NCBI RefSeq assembly: GCF_006345805.1
Contig: NC_043008.1
Location: forward strand, 75,330,001 to 75,394,000
Reading direction: 5' to 3'
Origin: Octopus sinensis
Taxonomy: Eukaryota
Length of the DNA: 64,000 bases
Below, piece by piece: positions 11,695-24,100 of the stretch. Position numbers and translations under genes: made by a program. The notes under the pieces are model-generated. The model was not told where the DNA came from. It made no database searches and saw only the letters and a list, made by a program, of their open reading frames with translations. How positions within the stretch are numbered: position 1 is the first letter of the stretch; each line of letters starts with the position of its first letter.

Positions 11695-12880
11695 GTGCCG
11701 AGGTGCTGCTAAAATGAATCCAAAGAAAGGGGATCATTTTGATAATTTTAGGGCCGTAACTTTTCTAAACGCAGATTGTACTGGGCTGGCAGTTCGACAC
11801 CTGGAGTTGTAGTTCTATGCTGCTAGATATATTATATTGCTGGGGATCTGATTCAGTTCGGATCTCCAGGTTGACAAAAGAAGAGAGGAGGTGAAGGGCA
11901 ATGTGGCGAGTATCATAATGAAATGGGCAGAGCGTAAGGTGTCCTTGAAAACTCGGGTGGAGATGGCTAGTGCCTACATCGTCGCCCTCAACTTTTACTG
12001 CCTTACTGTGGTCTTTTGCCCTGCTCCGTTGCTGATCAAGTTAGAGTGCATAGTCATACGCTTTCTGTCGAAAGGACGGATATCCTAGTCAGACATTCTC
12101 ATTGTTGCTAACATGTGCTGGGTGGATAACTGAGCATGTTATGGCTAATGCTGCACAGAAATTCACTGAGGCTACGACATATCAAGGGTATCCTTGACTT
12201 TGAGCAGATGTAATCACCGTTTGTCAAACAAGAGTTTTCGCAGCTCGTATCATTGACTGATATGCAGTCCTGGATCAAGCGTGCAACGAAATTGATTGCT
12301 TGACACTTGGAGCGTCGATAAATGTTCACAGCACTCAGCCAGTCGGTGATGATTCCATAATGGAGTTCGATGGAGAATTAGCGGCGAGCAAGAACGATGA
12401 CATCCTCGGGGGGATTCTAGGTGTCGGTGGAGTTCAATTGGTCGGTCCATTCTGGAAGATATTCAGGCCTGGGCTTATGGATAATTTCCACAATTCTTTG
12501 GCCTGCTGTGGAGCTCTACCGGTTCGTGATAAGTTCTACAGGCACAGAACTGTAAACAGCGGGACCTTTTCGAGTTGTGAGCAGAGTGATGATACCATTC
12601 TGCGTGCACTCGTCCAATGTCCAGGCATTTCTCAATTGTGCGGGTTTATCGACCCACTGTTATCGCGTGCAGGGCGGATCCTGTTATCAACGGAATCCAT
12701 CGTTAGGATCACCCAGCCGCTTTATCTTGGCCCCGAAGATCAGGTAGTTTTCATCTGCTACTTGGCTATGTTGAAGTAGGTAGTGTGGCTTATGAGGTTG
12801 CAAGATCTCGTCGATCTTTTCCAAGTTCCACTTGAAAAGCAAAGTGAGGGCGAAAAAGGAATTACTGCCCCAAGTAGTTT
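11695..12880 (+). mobile_element. L1/Tx1-like LINE ORF2 3' part, degenerate
   Basis: W-x-ERKVSLKTRVEMASAYI post-RT block; decayed C-terminal zinc-knuckle region SCEQSDDTILRALVQCP; homologous to 39845-40060. Confidence 0.7.
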
Positions 12881-12914
12881 TTCAAACGAAGTTTAATACA
12901 CCCATGTTTGTAAG

Positions 12915-13351
12915 CAGGTACATGCATCACAACCATATGTGTGAGAAATGCTGATGTCATATTCAGATAAACAACGCACGACCGCACAGTGAGGATTTGC
13001 TTCAAGTCGAGTAGTCCCTCGCTCTCGAAAGGTATCTGAATAAGACTTATTTAAAGATGATGAACAAAACACCTGTTTCCAGGGGTGAATTATTCAAGCC
13101 CCAAATAATTATTTTCGATACAAGGCTATGATGCTTCCCCACTACTCCTACTCGTGATCAGAGATGCACATATCTTCAGCCAATAAGGGACATGCTCAAC
13201 TGGTTAAAGTAAAAAAAAATGTCAATCAAATCTGTGGTATTGAGCAGAATATTTGCTGTAGCTCATCTTTTACACCATGATAAAACATGTATTTCCAGGA
13301 AGTTAAGATCAGCAGCTGTGAGTGTCACTGCCTGGTACTGCATTGGGGCAT
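12915..13351 (-). mobile_element. Diverged copy of the ~555-bp non-coding TAA-associated element
   Basis: Collinear with about 38300-38760 (e.g. CTCGTGATCAGAGATGCACATATC, TGTGGTATTGAGCAGAATATTTGCTGTAG). Confidence 0.85.
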
Positions 13352-13384
13352 TTAATATTATTATTATTGTTGTTGTTGTTGTTA

Positions 13385-14340
13385 TTCAGTAGCCTTAGTT
13401 TTATCACGGGCTTTCACTGGACTCTCTGTTTGCCTTGGGTAAGTGCTGTAGTTTGTTGTGGTGCTTTTATTTTCACGGTATTGAAAGTGTTTTACGTGGG
13501 ATGTGTGCGGAGCGTAGCAGTGTTATCTTCTGTATGTTATATATACAGTTCCGGTGTTTTTGTTATGCATTTGTCTGGGTGTTTCTTTGTATCATACATA
13601 ATGCGAATTACTGTAATAAGTATTGTTTTCGTTTTTAGGCTCCACATTCGAATTACCACTATTTCCAGATCTGTGTATTTTGAAAGTTTCCGTTCCTTTT
13701 AGAGAAACATTGCCAACTGTTAGTATTGATACATCGATTAGAAAGCATTTTTTACTTGATGATCTGTGTTGGCCTTAATTTCTCTATTTGTGTGTAATGG
13801 CATATCTCAGAGTATGTTTACTTTCTCATTTTCTGTGAACTTTTTTGCGTGTGCCTATACCATCTTCTTTTCTGTTGCTATTTCATAGTGTTGACGTAGC
13901 TTCCAGCGTATTTAGGTCCCAACTCTGTCGTGTCTGTGAATATATTCCTTCTTAGCCAGGACTGGGCAGCCAGAGAGAATATGATTTCTTCTCCATCACC
14001 ACATATTCTGCAGTTACATGTATTTTATTTCATTACGTGTGTTTGGTGATTTTTGATTGGAAGATTTTGATCTTATGCTGGAATTAAAAATCATGTAGTG
14101 TCTGTTTTGAGTACTGAGCTTCCAGCTTTTGTTGGAATTTTGTTTTGTCTATTTCTTTTCTGTTTAGCTTAACTCAGTATTTGCCATGAAGGGACTTTTC
14201 TTGCCATCGTTTTATCATGATACGTTGCTGTTCTAGGTTTTGCTTGGATTTCAGTTGCTTTACAACTTTAGTTGTTTCTTCTATTTCTTCATAGTTGTTA
14301 TGTACTATGGTTTCTTTTTTTTTGTATTTGTTGCTTCCTT
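13385..14340 (-). mobile_element. R4/Dong-type LINE 3' fragment, degenerate
   Basis: C-terminus YNIQKITLLRSAHIPRKTLSI; RHDRVG motif and decayed CCHC region; 3' end lies in a TTA/TTG tract. Confidence 0.75.
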
Positions 14341-14344
14341 AAAG

Positions 14345-14990
14345 ACAGATTAAGCTGAATCGTACTATCGGTGTTGACTATAAAATCCCAGAGGATAGTG
14401 ACATTTCTATCTTTAACACCTGGCTCAGGAGAATGTTCATACCAGTTAGCAGGAGTGCTAAGTTTGTAGTGTTTAAATATTTTTCAACGTAAATACTGTC
14501 CCACACTGTCGTAGCGATTTTGTATCTTTTGGCGGCAGCACAGGACATACCGAGACAAGATGGTATATTGATTCGTCAAATGCATTGCATAATCTGCATT
14601 TAGGTTCAGAATCATTTAAAGAAAGTACGCTTGGTAGATTTTGGTAAGATTTGGTCGTGTGCCACTAATATGAAACTTTCAATCTCTGCTTTCAATCCTG
14701 AGCTTCTTAACCACTGATGGGTTGTTGCTTGGCCTACATCAGCATTTTGGCTTCGAAGTATAAACTGTCCATGCAGAGGCTTCTGGCTCTACTGCTCCGC
14801 CATTCCTTTCTTCCCGATATTTTGTGCAGTCTATTTGATCCGTTTCCTTGTTTGGTGGTAGTGTTTTCAAGTTCTTCATCTAATTCAGGGTTAATGCCAA
14901 GTTCCCTTGCGAATTTGCAAGCTTCCTTGACAATAGAACGTGCTAATCTTTTATTCTTAATGATGTCTCTACGTACATTGTTTAATTTAT
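14345..14990 (-). mobile_element. Second R4/Dong-type fragment (post-RT region to start of REL)
   Basis: NWYEHSPEPGVKDRNVTILWDFIVNTD; HQWLRSSGLKAEIE; PLHGQF. Confidence 0.75.
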
Positions 14991-15021
14991 TTGTTTACGT
15001 ATCTGTGTACTTCATTTATTG

Positions 15022-15096
<75 letters not shown>

Positions 15097-15105
15097 TTAT
15101 TATTA

Positions 15106-15137
<32 letters not shown>

Positions 15138-15138
<1 letters not shown>

Positions 15139-18100
15139 GATGTTTGACTTTTGCTTTATGTCTGTACAAGTTGGCTCCAAGTCTCACCCAGAGACCTCAA
15201 GAGACAACAGGTTGGAAGTTCTGTGCCATATATTTGGTTTTTCTTTTTTTTTGGTGTTGTACTAGTGAATGTTTAATACATAAAAATAAAAAAATAAAAA
15301 ATAAAATAAAAAGATTAAAGAAAAAAAAGTTTGTTTTAAACCTTGGGATTACATAGAGAGTATTTTGCGTAGGGTATGAGCAGTTCCCATGCGCACTATC
15401 TTTAGAATTTCTGCCATTTTGGGGTTTCTTGGTATCTGAGTTAGGTAGCAATCAGTCCCTTTCGCTATCATTCCCAGGGCACCTATGACAACAGGTATTG
15501 TTTTAGTCTTCAGCTTCCACATTTTGCTGATTTCTATTTCAAGATCTTTATATTTGCTCAGTTTTTGGTAGGTCTTGACAGATACGTTTATATCGATTGG
15601 GACAGTCATATCAATGAGGAGGCATGTTCTTTGTCTGAAGTCTTTCAATATAATGTCTGGCCTATTTGCATCTATCTTCCTGTCAGTTTGAATGGTGAAG
15701 TTCCAGAGGAGTGAGATGTGGTCATTTTCAAGCACAGGAGGTGGATTGTGTTCCCACCAGTTTTTTTCATGGGGCAAATCCAGGTTTTTGCAAATTACCC
15801 AGTGAATATATTGTGCAGCTCTATCATGCCTACTGAGGTACTCTGTAGGCGCTAGAAGACTGCATTTGGAGACAACATGGTCAATGGTTTCAATTTGTTG
15901 TCGGCATACACGACATGTTGGCCTACTGCCGTTCTTTAATATGTTGGCCTGGTAGTTTCTTGTTGGTAGGCATTGATCTTGAGCTGCTATGATAAACCCA
16001 TTGATGGGTCAGGGCTTTGTCGATATCTGCATTATTCGCTCTCTTTCGGTATTTGCCATAGAGAGGTTTTTCTTGCCATTTATTATTCAGAATATCTAAA
16101 GCTTTTTCTGCGCTTGTTTCTTGTATATCTATCTCTAATTCCGAAATTGGTTGTATTCGGAATTCACTTAGATATTCCTTTGCCTGTTGTGTGACTGAGT
16201 ATGATGCTTTCTTGTTTTCATGTTTTGAGACAAGTTTTAACATCCAGTCCTCAGAGTTTTTCAGGTAGGTGTCTAGGCCAATTGTAGCAATCTTCATTGT
16301 TATTGCCAGTTGCAGAAGACCACGGCCTCCTTCTTTTCTTGGCAGATAGAGTCGTTCTGTATCTGCCTTAGGGTGGTGCATTCTATGCATTGTCAACAGT
16401 TTCCTTTTTTTTCTGTCGAGCTGACATATTTCAGTAATTGACCAGTTAACAATATTGAAACTGTAAGTCACGACTGGTATGGCTAATGCATTGATCGCTT
16501 CGATCCTGTTTCTTGCATTCAGCTCTGTCTTGAGTATTGCTCTCACTCTTCGATAGCATTCTCTCCTGATCCTTTCCTTCATCTCTGAATGCCTTATTCC
16601 GTTCCATTCAATTACCCCTAGGTACTTGTAGCTCTCCGCTGGGTCTAGTTCTTTTATGACATTCTGCTGGTCAAGGTTAACGTTAGATGTTTCTGTCATT
16701 TTTCCTTTGATAAAGGTAGCTTTTGCACATTTATCGAGGCCGAATTGCATTCTGATGTCGTCACTGAATTGTTTGACTATCGCTAGTAAGCCCTTGAGTT
16801 GTTGGTCATTTTTTGCAAAAAGCTTTAAATCATCCATGAAAATGAGATGATTTATATATTTATCAAACATTTTATACCCGTACTGCGCGTCATTGAGCAG
16901 CTTTGAGAGAGGTATTAAGGCTAAACAAAAGAGGAGTGGTGACAGTGAGTCACCCTGGAAAATGCCATACGAAATTTTTACATCACCAGCATTTAGGGAT
17001 TCATTGTCACTGTTCAGAGTTAGTGTGGTTCTCCATGATCTCATACTTACAGTCAAGAAATTTCGCAGAGTAGGTGCTATCTTATACATTTCCAGGCATT
17101 TCCTAATCCAGCTATGTGGTAGGCTATCAAAAGCCTTTTTATAGTCTAACCAGGCTATTGATAAGTTTTTGTGTCGTTTGTGACAATCTTCTAAGATCAT
17201 CTTATTGATGAGTAGTTGGTCTTTACAGCCGTAGGATCCACGTTTACATCCTTTCTGTTCATTAGGGAATATGCTGCTGTCTGTTAAAAAAACTATAGGA
17301 CAGATGTTAGTGTTTTGTACATAGTTGTTAAGCAGGTTATGGGTCTATAGTTTTTTGGTTCATTTGTTTCTTCACTTTTTGGAAGCAGGAATATTAACCC
17401 ATTAACTAGCCAAGGAGGCATCCTACTAGGGTGTTGCAAAACATCATTGTACAGTTCTGTTAGCGGTTCATGGCTCTCTGGGAAGGCATTCAGCCAGAAG
17501 TTAGGAATTTTATCCTTTCCTTGAGACTTCCATTTGCTTGATCTCCTGAGAGCAGATCTTATATATTCTACCTTGACACCCACCCACTTTTGCTCTTCTA
17601 AGGGGTCCAGTTTTGTAGATATTCTGCCAATCCAGGGGGCCTTTTCGTTGTGTGGTTTTTCTTCTGCCCAGATTTTATTCCAAAATCCCTGCACTTCTTC
17701 TTTTGATGGTACAGACCTTGCAGTAACTGGTGTTTTTCCTATCTTCCTGTAAAAATTCTTGGTGTTATTTTTGAACATGTTGTTGTCCTTGAAAAATCTA
17801 ACACGCTTTTCATACCTCGCTATGCGGGCAGCTTTGGCAGATACCTTTTGTTTGATGGTTTCTATGGTGGCATCAATATCAAGTATAGTTTTCATATTGT
17901 ATTTTTTCAGTAATATTTGGGTTTTTGTAGGTTTGGTAGTCTTGTGAGCCTTAAGGTTTTTCAAATATTCAATGTCAGATCTAAATATTTTAATTTGTTG
18001 TTGCAGACGCTCTTGCCAAGAAGGCTTTTTGTGGGAATGTTGCCGTTTTCTAATCTTTACACCACATAGGATCGTTGAGATTTTCGCGGATGCATAGTAT

Positions 18101-19020
18101 AGGTGGTTGAGGTTTGTGATATCAACATCATTAGCTGAAATTATATCCTTAAGTGCAAGCCGGATTTTACCAAATATTTTCATGTTTTGGTTAGAGTTGC
18201 GGATTTTAGGAAGTGTATCACGTTCATCCATGCTGGTTTCTTTAATTTTTAGCCATTCAATCATGATTTGATTTTTTAGCTCATGTAGTTATGTTGGGTC
18301 AATATTTGGGTGACTTTCTTTATCTATTTGATGCTCATCTGTCTTAGTGTTTATGATTGGTTCAGGGAGTATTTCACTTTGCCTATCACTTATACTAACT
18401 CTTTCAACCCTCACTTCGTTTTTATCAGCCCTGGGCTGGTCTATAATTATTTCCTCTGTATTATCTTCTCTAGCTGCAGCTTCGTTCATTTTATCCGATA
18501 TTGCTTGTCTAACCTGGTCAATCTCTACTTCAGTCAGTAATTTTTTTTTTAGAATGTTTCTTCTGACGTTGGCAAGTTTGTTACTGTCTATGTAGGGTCT
18601 TACTTCAGGGTGTTTCTGTCTCCAGTTTAAGTATGCTTGTACAGTGCTAGACTTATCTGTGGGGAAATATATGGCATGGTAGAAGGCCTCAAGAGCTTCT
18701 TTATTATCTTCCCTAGACCATTTCTCCTTCTTTTTCTTTTGATTATTTGATGAGCATGGATGGCCATCTGTTGGAATATTCCGGTTGTGGGGTACGTTCA
18801 GCCCCTGTGTGTTGGGAAGATTTGATCCAGTAGCTGATTTTTCAATCAGAATTTGTAATCCGCGCAATGACCAATGCGGTTTATTGTTTGATTTGTTGAC
18901 CTTGAAGCATGACGAGCATCCATTCTTATATTAGGAGATGTGGATCTGTCAGTTTAGGGTTCTCTACATGTAAGCATTGCTCATAGCGCAGCTTTTTAAG
19001 ACTAGCAGATCTATATTCGT
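15138..19020 (-). mobile_element. Near-full-length R4/Dong-type non-LTR retrotransposon (single ORF: RT, CCHC, REL endonuclease) with few disabling lesions
   Basis: ORF pieces 18289-18867, 17293-18264, 15923-17200, 15349-15777. Motifs NYRPITCL, WLDYKKAFDS, GIFQGDSLSPLLF, FMDD, YKYLG, CRVC..H..C, RHD, RPD..D..KLSKY. The 3' end abuts (TAA)n at 15024-15137. Confidence 0.95.
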
Positions 19021-19599
19021 CTGTATTTTTTTTTGTTGATAGTTTTATCTCCGAACATTTTTTTTTTCCTCCTCTTCCTTTCTTCAAGGCTCACTCTGTC
19101 TGTATTAGTTCGAAATAATGAGAATAAAATACGGAGAAGGAAACGAAAAGAAAGGGAAAAAGACGGGATCTGTCAGTTATTATTATTATTACTATCACCT
19201 TCACCACCATCACCATCATCAGCAACATCACCATCACCATCATCATCATCAATGACATTGTTTTATGTGTAGCCACAGCCACCATCAACACTCCATTGTG
19301 TGGGAGAATGGTTGGTTAAATAATTCATGATCTTTGGGTCTATAAATAGAACGGCAGATGGTGGAGACAAAGGACGTTAATGGTCAGTAAAAGGTCAAAC
19401 CTGTTTACATTTATTTATTTTATTTTTTTTTTTTTCCTTTCTCTTTTCTTCCTCTCCACATGCATATGTATATGTATATGTATACTCACTCACACATATT
19501 ATCTATGTTTTCGTCGATGATTTAAAAAAAAAAAAAAACTTTCTGAGTTCAATGTTATGTATATATTTTTTAAATTTCTGAATTCAGTTGTATTAGTAG

Positions 19600-19860
19600 G
19601 TGCTTAATTCCATAACTTTTTATCGTGCATTTAAGTGTGTTGTTACAATAAAAGGTAATTTAAAAGGCAATTTTACACATTCTTATAGTCATGAGAGACG
19701 ACTAAATGTAAATGTTCACACAGAATTGGAGATATTTATGTTTCTAATTTTTCTTGTTAGGTGTACGTTTGTATGAGCTGTAGATATGTAAGCTTTTTTA
19801 AACTTATTTTGAGGGAAATTCAAATTACTTACAGGAAACAGTAGATCTTCCAGTTTTCTA
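19600..19860. repeat. Second copy of the 2040-2645 repeat family
   Basis: TTTATCGTGCATTTAA.TGTGTTGTTACAATAAAA and downstream blocks shared. Confidence 0.65.
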
Positions 19861-19974
19861 CAGTTGTTTTTTTCAGTTGTCCTGCTGGGTTCGCTGTTGC
19901 CAGTTCAGAGCATCGTAAAAATACGTCCATCCTCTGTCACGTCCAGCCGCCTATTATTATTATTATTATTATTA

Positions 19975-20034
<60 letters not shown>

Positions 20035-20209
20035 CATTATTATTATTACTATTTACTTTTATTCAGTATGATTATTACAATCACTTGCCAAGACTCACCC
20101 GGTGTCCTAGGACGAGTGAAGGATAAGCGATGTTACTGTATGACCGAAAGCTTGGGGAAATATCTTCATGTAATACAACACATTTATTATTATTATTACT
20201 ATTATTACT

Positions 20210-20790
20210 GGTGTTAGATAGTTACGGTGCATGACGTCTCTGCCTACGTTGGCTAATTTGTTTCCATCAGTATAATAACGGTTGTCATCCCGTATTATTT
20301 CTCTCCAGTTATTGAAGCTCAACACAGTTTTCTTACGTTCAGATTGGTTCAGCGTTGTGTGAATGCTGTCATGCCTTGCTTATACGCCTCTGTCATCCAT
20401 CTATTTTTAGCGGTTCTTTAAGAGTTTGTTTTACTTGTTGTTTGTCTTAAGGGTGTCAGTGTTGATTTCTCGGTTCTAATTTCTCTGAAGATCATTTTCA
20501 GATGAGTTTGTTCCACTTTTGAAATTCTCGACCTGAGGTTGGTTTCTCCCTGAGGCAGGCGTCCCTTGGTGACCTGCGTGATGGACGATGTGGTATAATC
20601 TGATTCTAGTCTGTGTTGTGCATGAGGAGTCCATTTTAACCTCACTGGCGAGGAGTGATTTTCGTCAGTACTCGAGACAGATTTGCTTCATCAAGCTTGG
20701 AGATGTTTGTCTGCCCTCATTTGAATGGGCTGTTCTGCACTGTTCATTAACACAGTACTCACAATCCTGCAGCAGTGGGTTAAGCTTAGT
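20210..20790 (-). mobile_element. 5' portion of another R4/Dong-type element
   Basis: FNNWREIIRDDNRYYTDGNKLANVGRDVMHRNYLT aligns with YLNWRQKHPEVRPYIDSNKLANVRRNILKKKLLT of the full element. Confidence 0.75.
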
Positions 20791-20793
20791 TTT

Positions 20794-20837
<44 letters not shown>

Positions 20838-20842
<5 letters not shown>

Positions 20843-20985
20843 GACATTCACTAGTACGACACCAAAAAAACCCCAAATATATGGCACACTAGGCATAACA
20901 ACAACGTAAACTGTTGTCTCTTGAGGTCTCTGGGTGAGACTTGGAGCCAACTTGTACAGACATAAAGCAAAAGTCAAACATAGAA
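20838..20985 (+). mobile_element. Extremely 5'-truncated Dong copy (3' UTR only) inside (TAA)n; a further ~30-bp stub at about 21072-21105
   Basis: Reverse complement of about 15138-15275. Confidence 0.9.
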
Positions 20986-21008
20986 TAATAATAATAATAA
21001 TAATAATG

Positions 21009-21074
<66 letters not shown>

Positions 21075-22376
21075 GACATTCACTAGTACAACACCAAAAA
21101 AAAAAATAATAATAATAACAATAACAATAATAATAATTGAGATTGACTTTACTTATCATCTTCTCGGTGATGACAAAATATGTATCACTAATTGATTGCT
21201 AGTAGCCCCCTCCCACTAAATTTCCCACTAAATACAGACCTTGTGTCTATAATAGAAAAAATGATTATTTTGTAAAATAAAAATTTGCGGATATGCAGAT
21301 CTGCGAATTGAATGATAAATGCAAAATTATGCATTTAAAAAAAAAATTTCAAGCAATAATGTTATCTGCCTCCAAGACGTATGTAACAAATTTAGATGAA
21401 GATGGAGGATCTCCGTAAACATTTGGGTGGAGCATATAACATTTGATATAATTGAAATTCACTTGGGGTGTGTAAAAGCAATATTCACGTATGCTCTTAG
21501 GTAAGTCAAATACCAAAGTTATTTGCTGGAAATCTTGCCAACTACAAAATAAACGTAATTATTTGCGACACAATCTCCCTCTAATCACTCCCTACACTCT
21601 TTCAATAAATAAACACAGCCTGAGTAATCTAGTTCTACATATTCCTAAAAAGATACGGCATAGCTTTATTAGAGATCTATTAGATCAAGGTGGATCTTAG
21701 TTAGACAATACCATTTGGAAATGTACCTCCGATTACCAGATATTATCTTATACAGAATAACTTATTCCATGGTTCCACACACGGAACTGTATACCATATT
21801 TTCAGAACAGAAAGAACTCCACACATTAAATATTTCAACGAAATTGTAAAAAGGAATTTATTACCAAAGTTGATTTAATCCATTTATACAACGACCAGTT
21901 AATTCGCGATTCCATTGAATATATTTCTTATGATCATTGAATGTTGGAACTTCCTCAAGTAAATCGTTAATGAGGCACTCTCAGATCATAAATGAAACAT
22001 CCGTTAATTACGCACGCGCACGCAGACGCATGCATACATTCATATACATATGTGTGTAGGCGTGTGTGTGTATGTGTGCGTGTGCATGTGTTATATGTGT
22101 ATTTATGTGCGTGTGTTTTATGCGTGTGTGTTTGTGTTGTGTGTGTATGTATTGCAATTAGAAGACGTTTCATGCAGACAAATCTGAAGAAACAATTGAA
22201 GATTCTGTCAGCTGCCAGACAAGCTAATGCTGAATCATTCACATACTGTAATTTTGAATTTGTTTAATAGTTCTTGATGAATAACCAGTTTGGGGTGGCT
22301 GGGAAATACTTGTCTTTGGTTAATCTGAAAAATTAGTGCATGTACATCAATGTGTGTATACATTATGTTTGTGTGT

Positions 22377-22428
<52 letters not shown>

Positions 22429-23049
22429 TACTTTACTGACAACTCCTTAGAAGTGGGTGTATGTGTCTTATCTTAAATCGTGTCATTGCAGCTTGTCGGT
22501 CGGAAAGAACCCGATGTTTGTCATTTCTCATTATTCTGCAGAAATACGAGCGCGATGGCAGCAGCAGCAGCAGAAACAGTAGCAGCAGCAACCACAATAA
22601 GAGAGGCAACGCCAGTAGCAGTAAAGAAAGCAGAATAAACAAGAGACCGATGGTAACCAAAAGATTTTCCACGTAGCATAAGGAAACAATGAGAATTATC
22701 GAGTGGTTTCCTTATCAACACTATGTCTCGTTGAAATCACACCTCTGATCTACCGATTTATTACTGAAGGGAAAGGCTGCCGACATGAGCCAGCCGGTAC
22801 TGTTTGACAATAATGCCGTCTCATTATTGCCGTCAAAATGCAGAACAGTATCCACAGTGTCGTCAACCCACTACCTTGGACTGGTATATTCTATTTTTAA
22901 TTTCCAAAGAATGTAACGCAAATGCACTTCGGCTGGATTTGAACTTAGAGCTTAAACAGTCAGAATAAAGTGCGCTGTTGCCTCTATACTAATTAGCTGT
23001 CTACATAGACAAATGCATATTTCGGAATTGGAAACTTACTGAATTCCTT

Positions 23050-24100
23050 CTTGTTAATGGCTTGATACTTTTAATAACCAATCTTTTGTTCGGTGATGCT
23101 TGTATTTTATATTCTATTTTATTTACAAACCCTTGCCCGTTTTTTTTTTTGTTTCTCTTTTCCATTATCCATTGTGCATTTTTTCCACAGAATAAATTGA
23201 TTCTACATGCATCCTCCAATTCTTCTTTCAGCCGCTTCCATTGTCATTTTAGGTTATTTCTCTTCTGAAAGAATGTTTTACTATTTCTCTTACATTCCTG
23301 AATCTGTTACACAGGGAATTACTCACCGTTGTATTCACAATACCCTTGCGAATATCAGTTATCTGAAAAATATCTTTCGTTTACAGCATCTCTTATTTGG
23401 ATTTTTTTATATACTTCATTTGCTTTATTTTATTTTTCTCATTTTCATATTTGTGTTTTGTATGACAAAGTTTCATTATAACTTTCTAATGTTTAGGTGA
23501 CAAGTTACTCTCTGAATTAAGCTAGAATGTATTTTTCTGTTGATAGTAACATGGCTGAATAAACTATTTAGCAATGCTTTGCTTCAATGAAAACAATCAT
23601 TTCGACAGGTTGGCTGTATTCAGCTATTAATTCCCCGAGATATTTCCTTATTTTTGGCTTTCAGGAAGGTGAATTCCTTTGATCCAGATTGACTGATTGA
23701 TTTTGTTATGACCACATCTTGTATTGACTTTATTATTTCTCTGAGGTTGTCTTTATTGTTCAACTTGATTATTCCGTATTTGATCATTTTATGATTTTGT
23801 CAGTACTGTTGTCATAGACGTAAGTCCTAATCCAAGATATACGTGGCTTTTGTGTTATCTTATTGTCACTGTGTATTTACTGTATTGGTGAAATTGTACT
23901 GCTGGTTTTATAAGCATATCTTGTAGTTGCTGTTTTCGTCGAAACTTCGATATGCATTTTTATATGAGTTGCTCTGTTTTTGAGATTATTTATTTTATCT
24001 TTTCTAACAATGAATGTACAGTATCTAATATATTTCAGTATTTTCGTTTCTTTTTGTCTTCGTCATTTCTATTTCTGTTATACAGTGGCACACGTACAGA
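23050..24100 (-). mobile_element. Possible highly decayed LINE ORF remnant
   Basis: A-rich minus strand with an HVYLGLGL (YLG-like) motif and many stops. Confidence 0.3.

Noticed and set aside
14717-18595. Plus-strand ORFs overlapping the LINEs
   Set aside because: Antisense shadows of the retroelement ORFs
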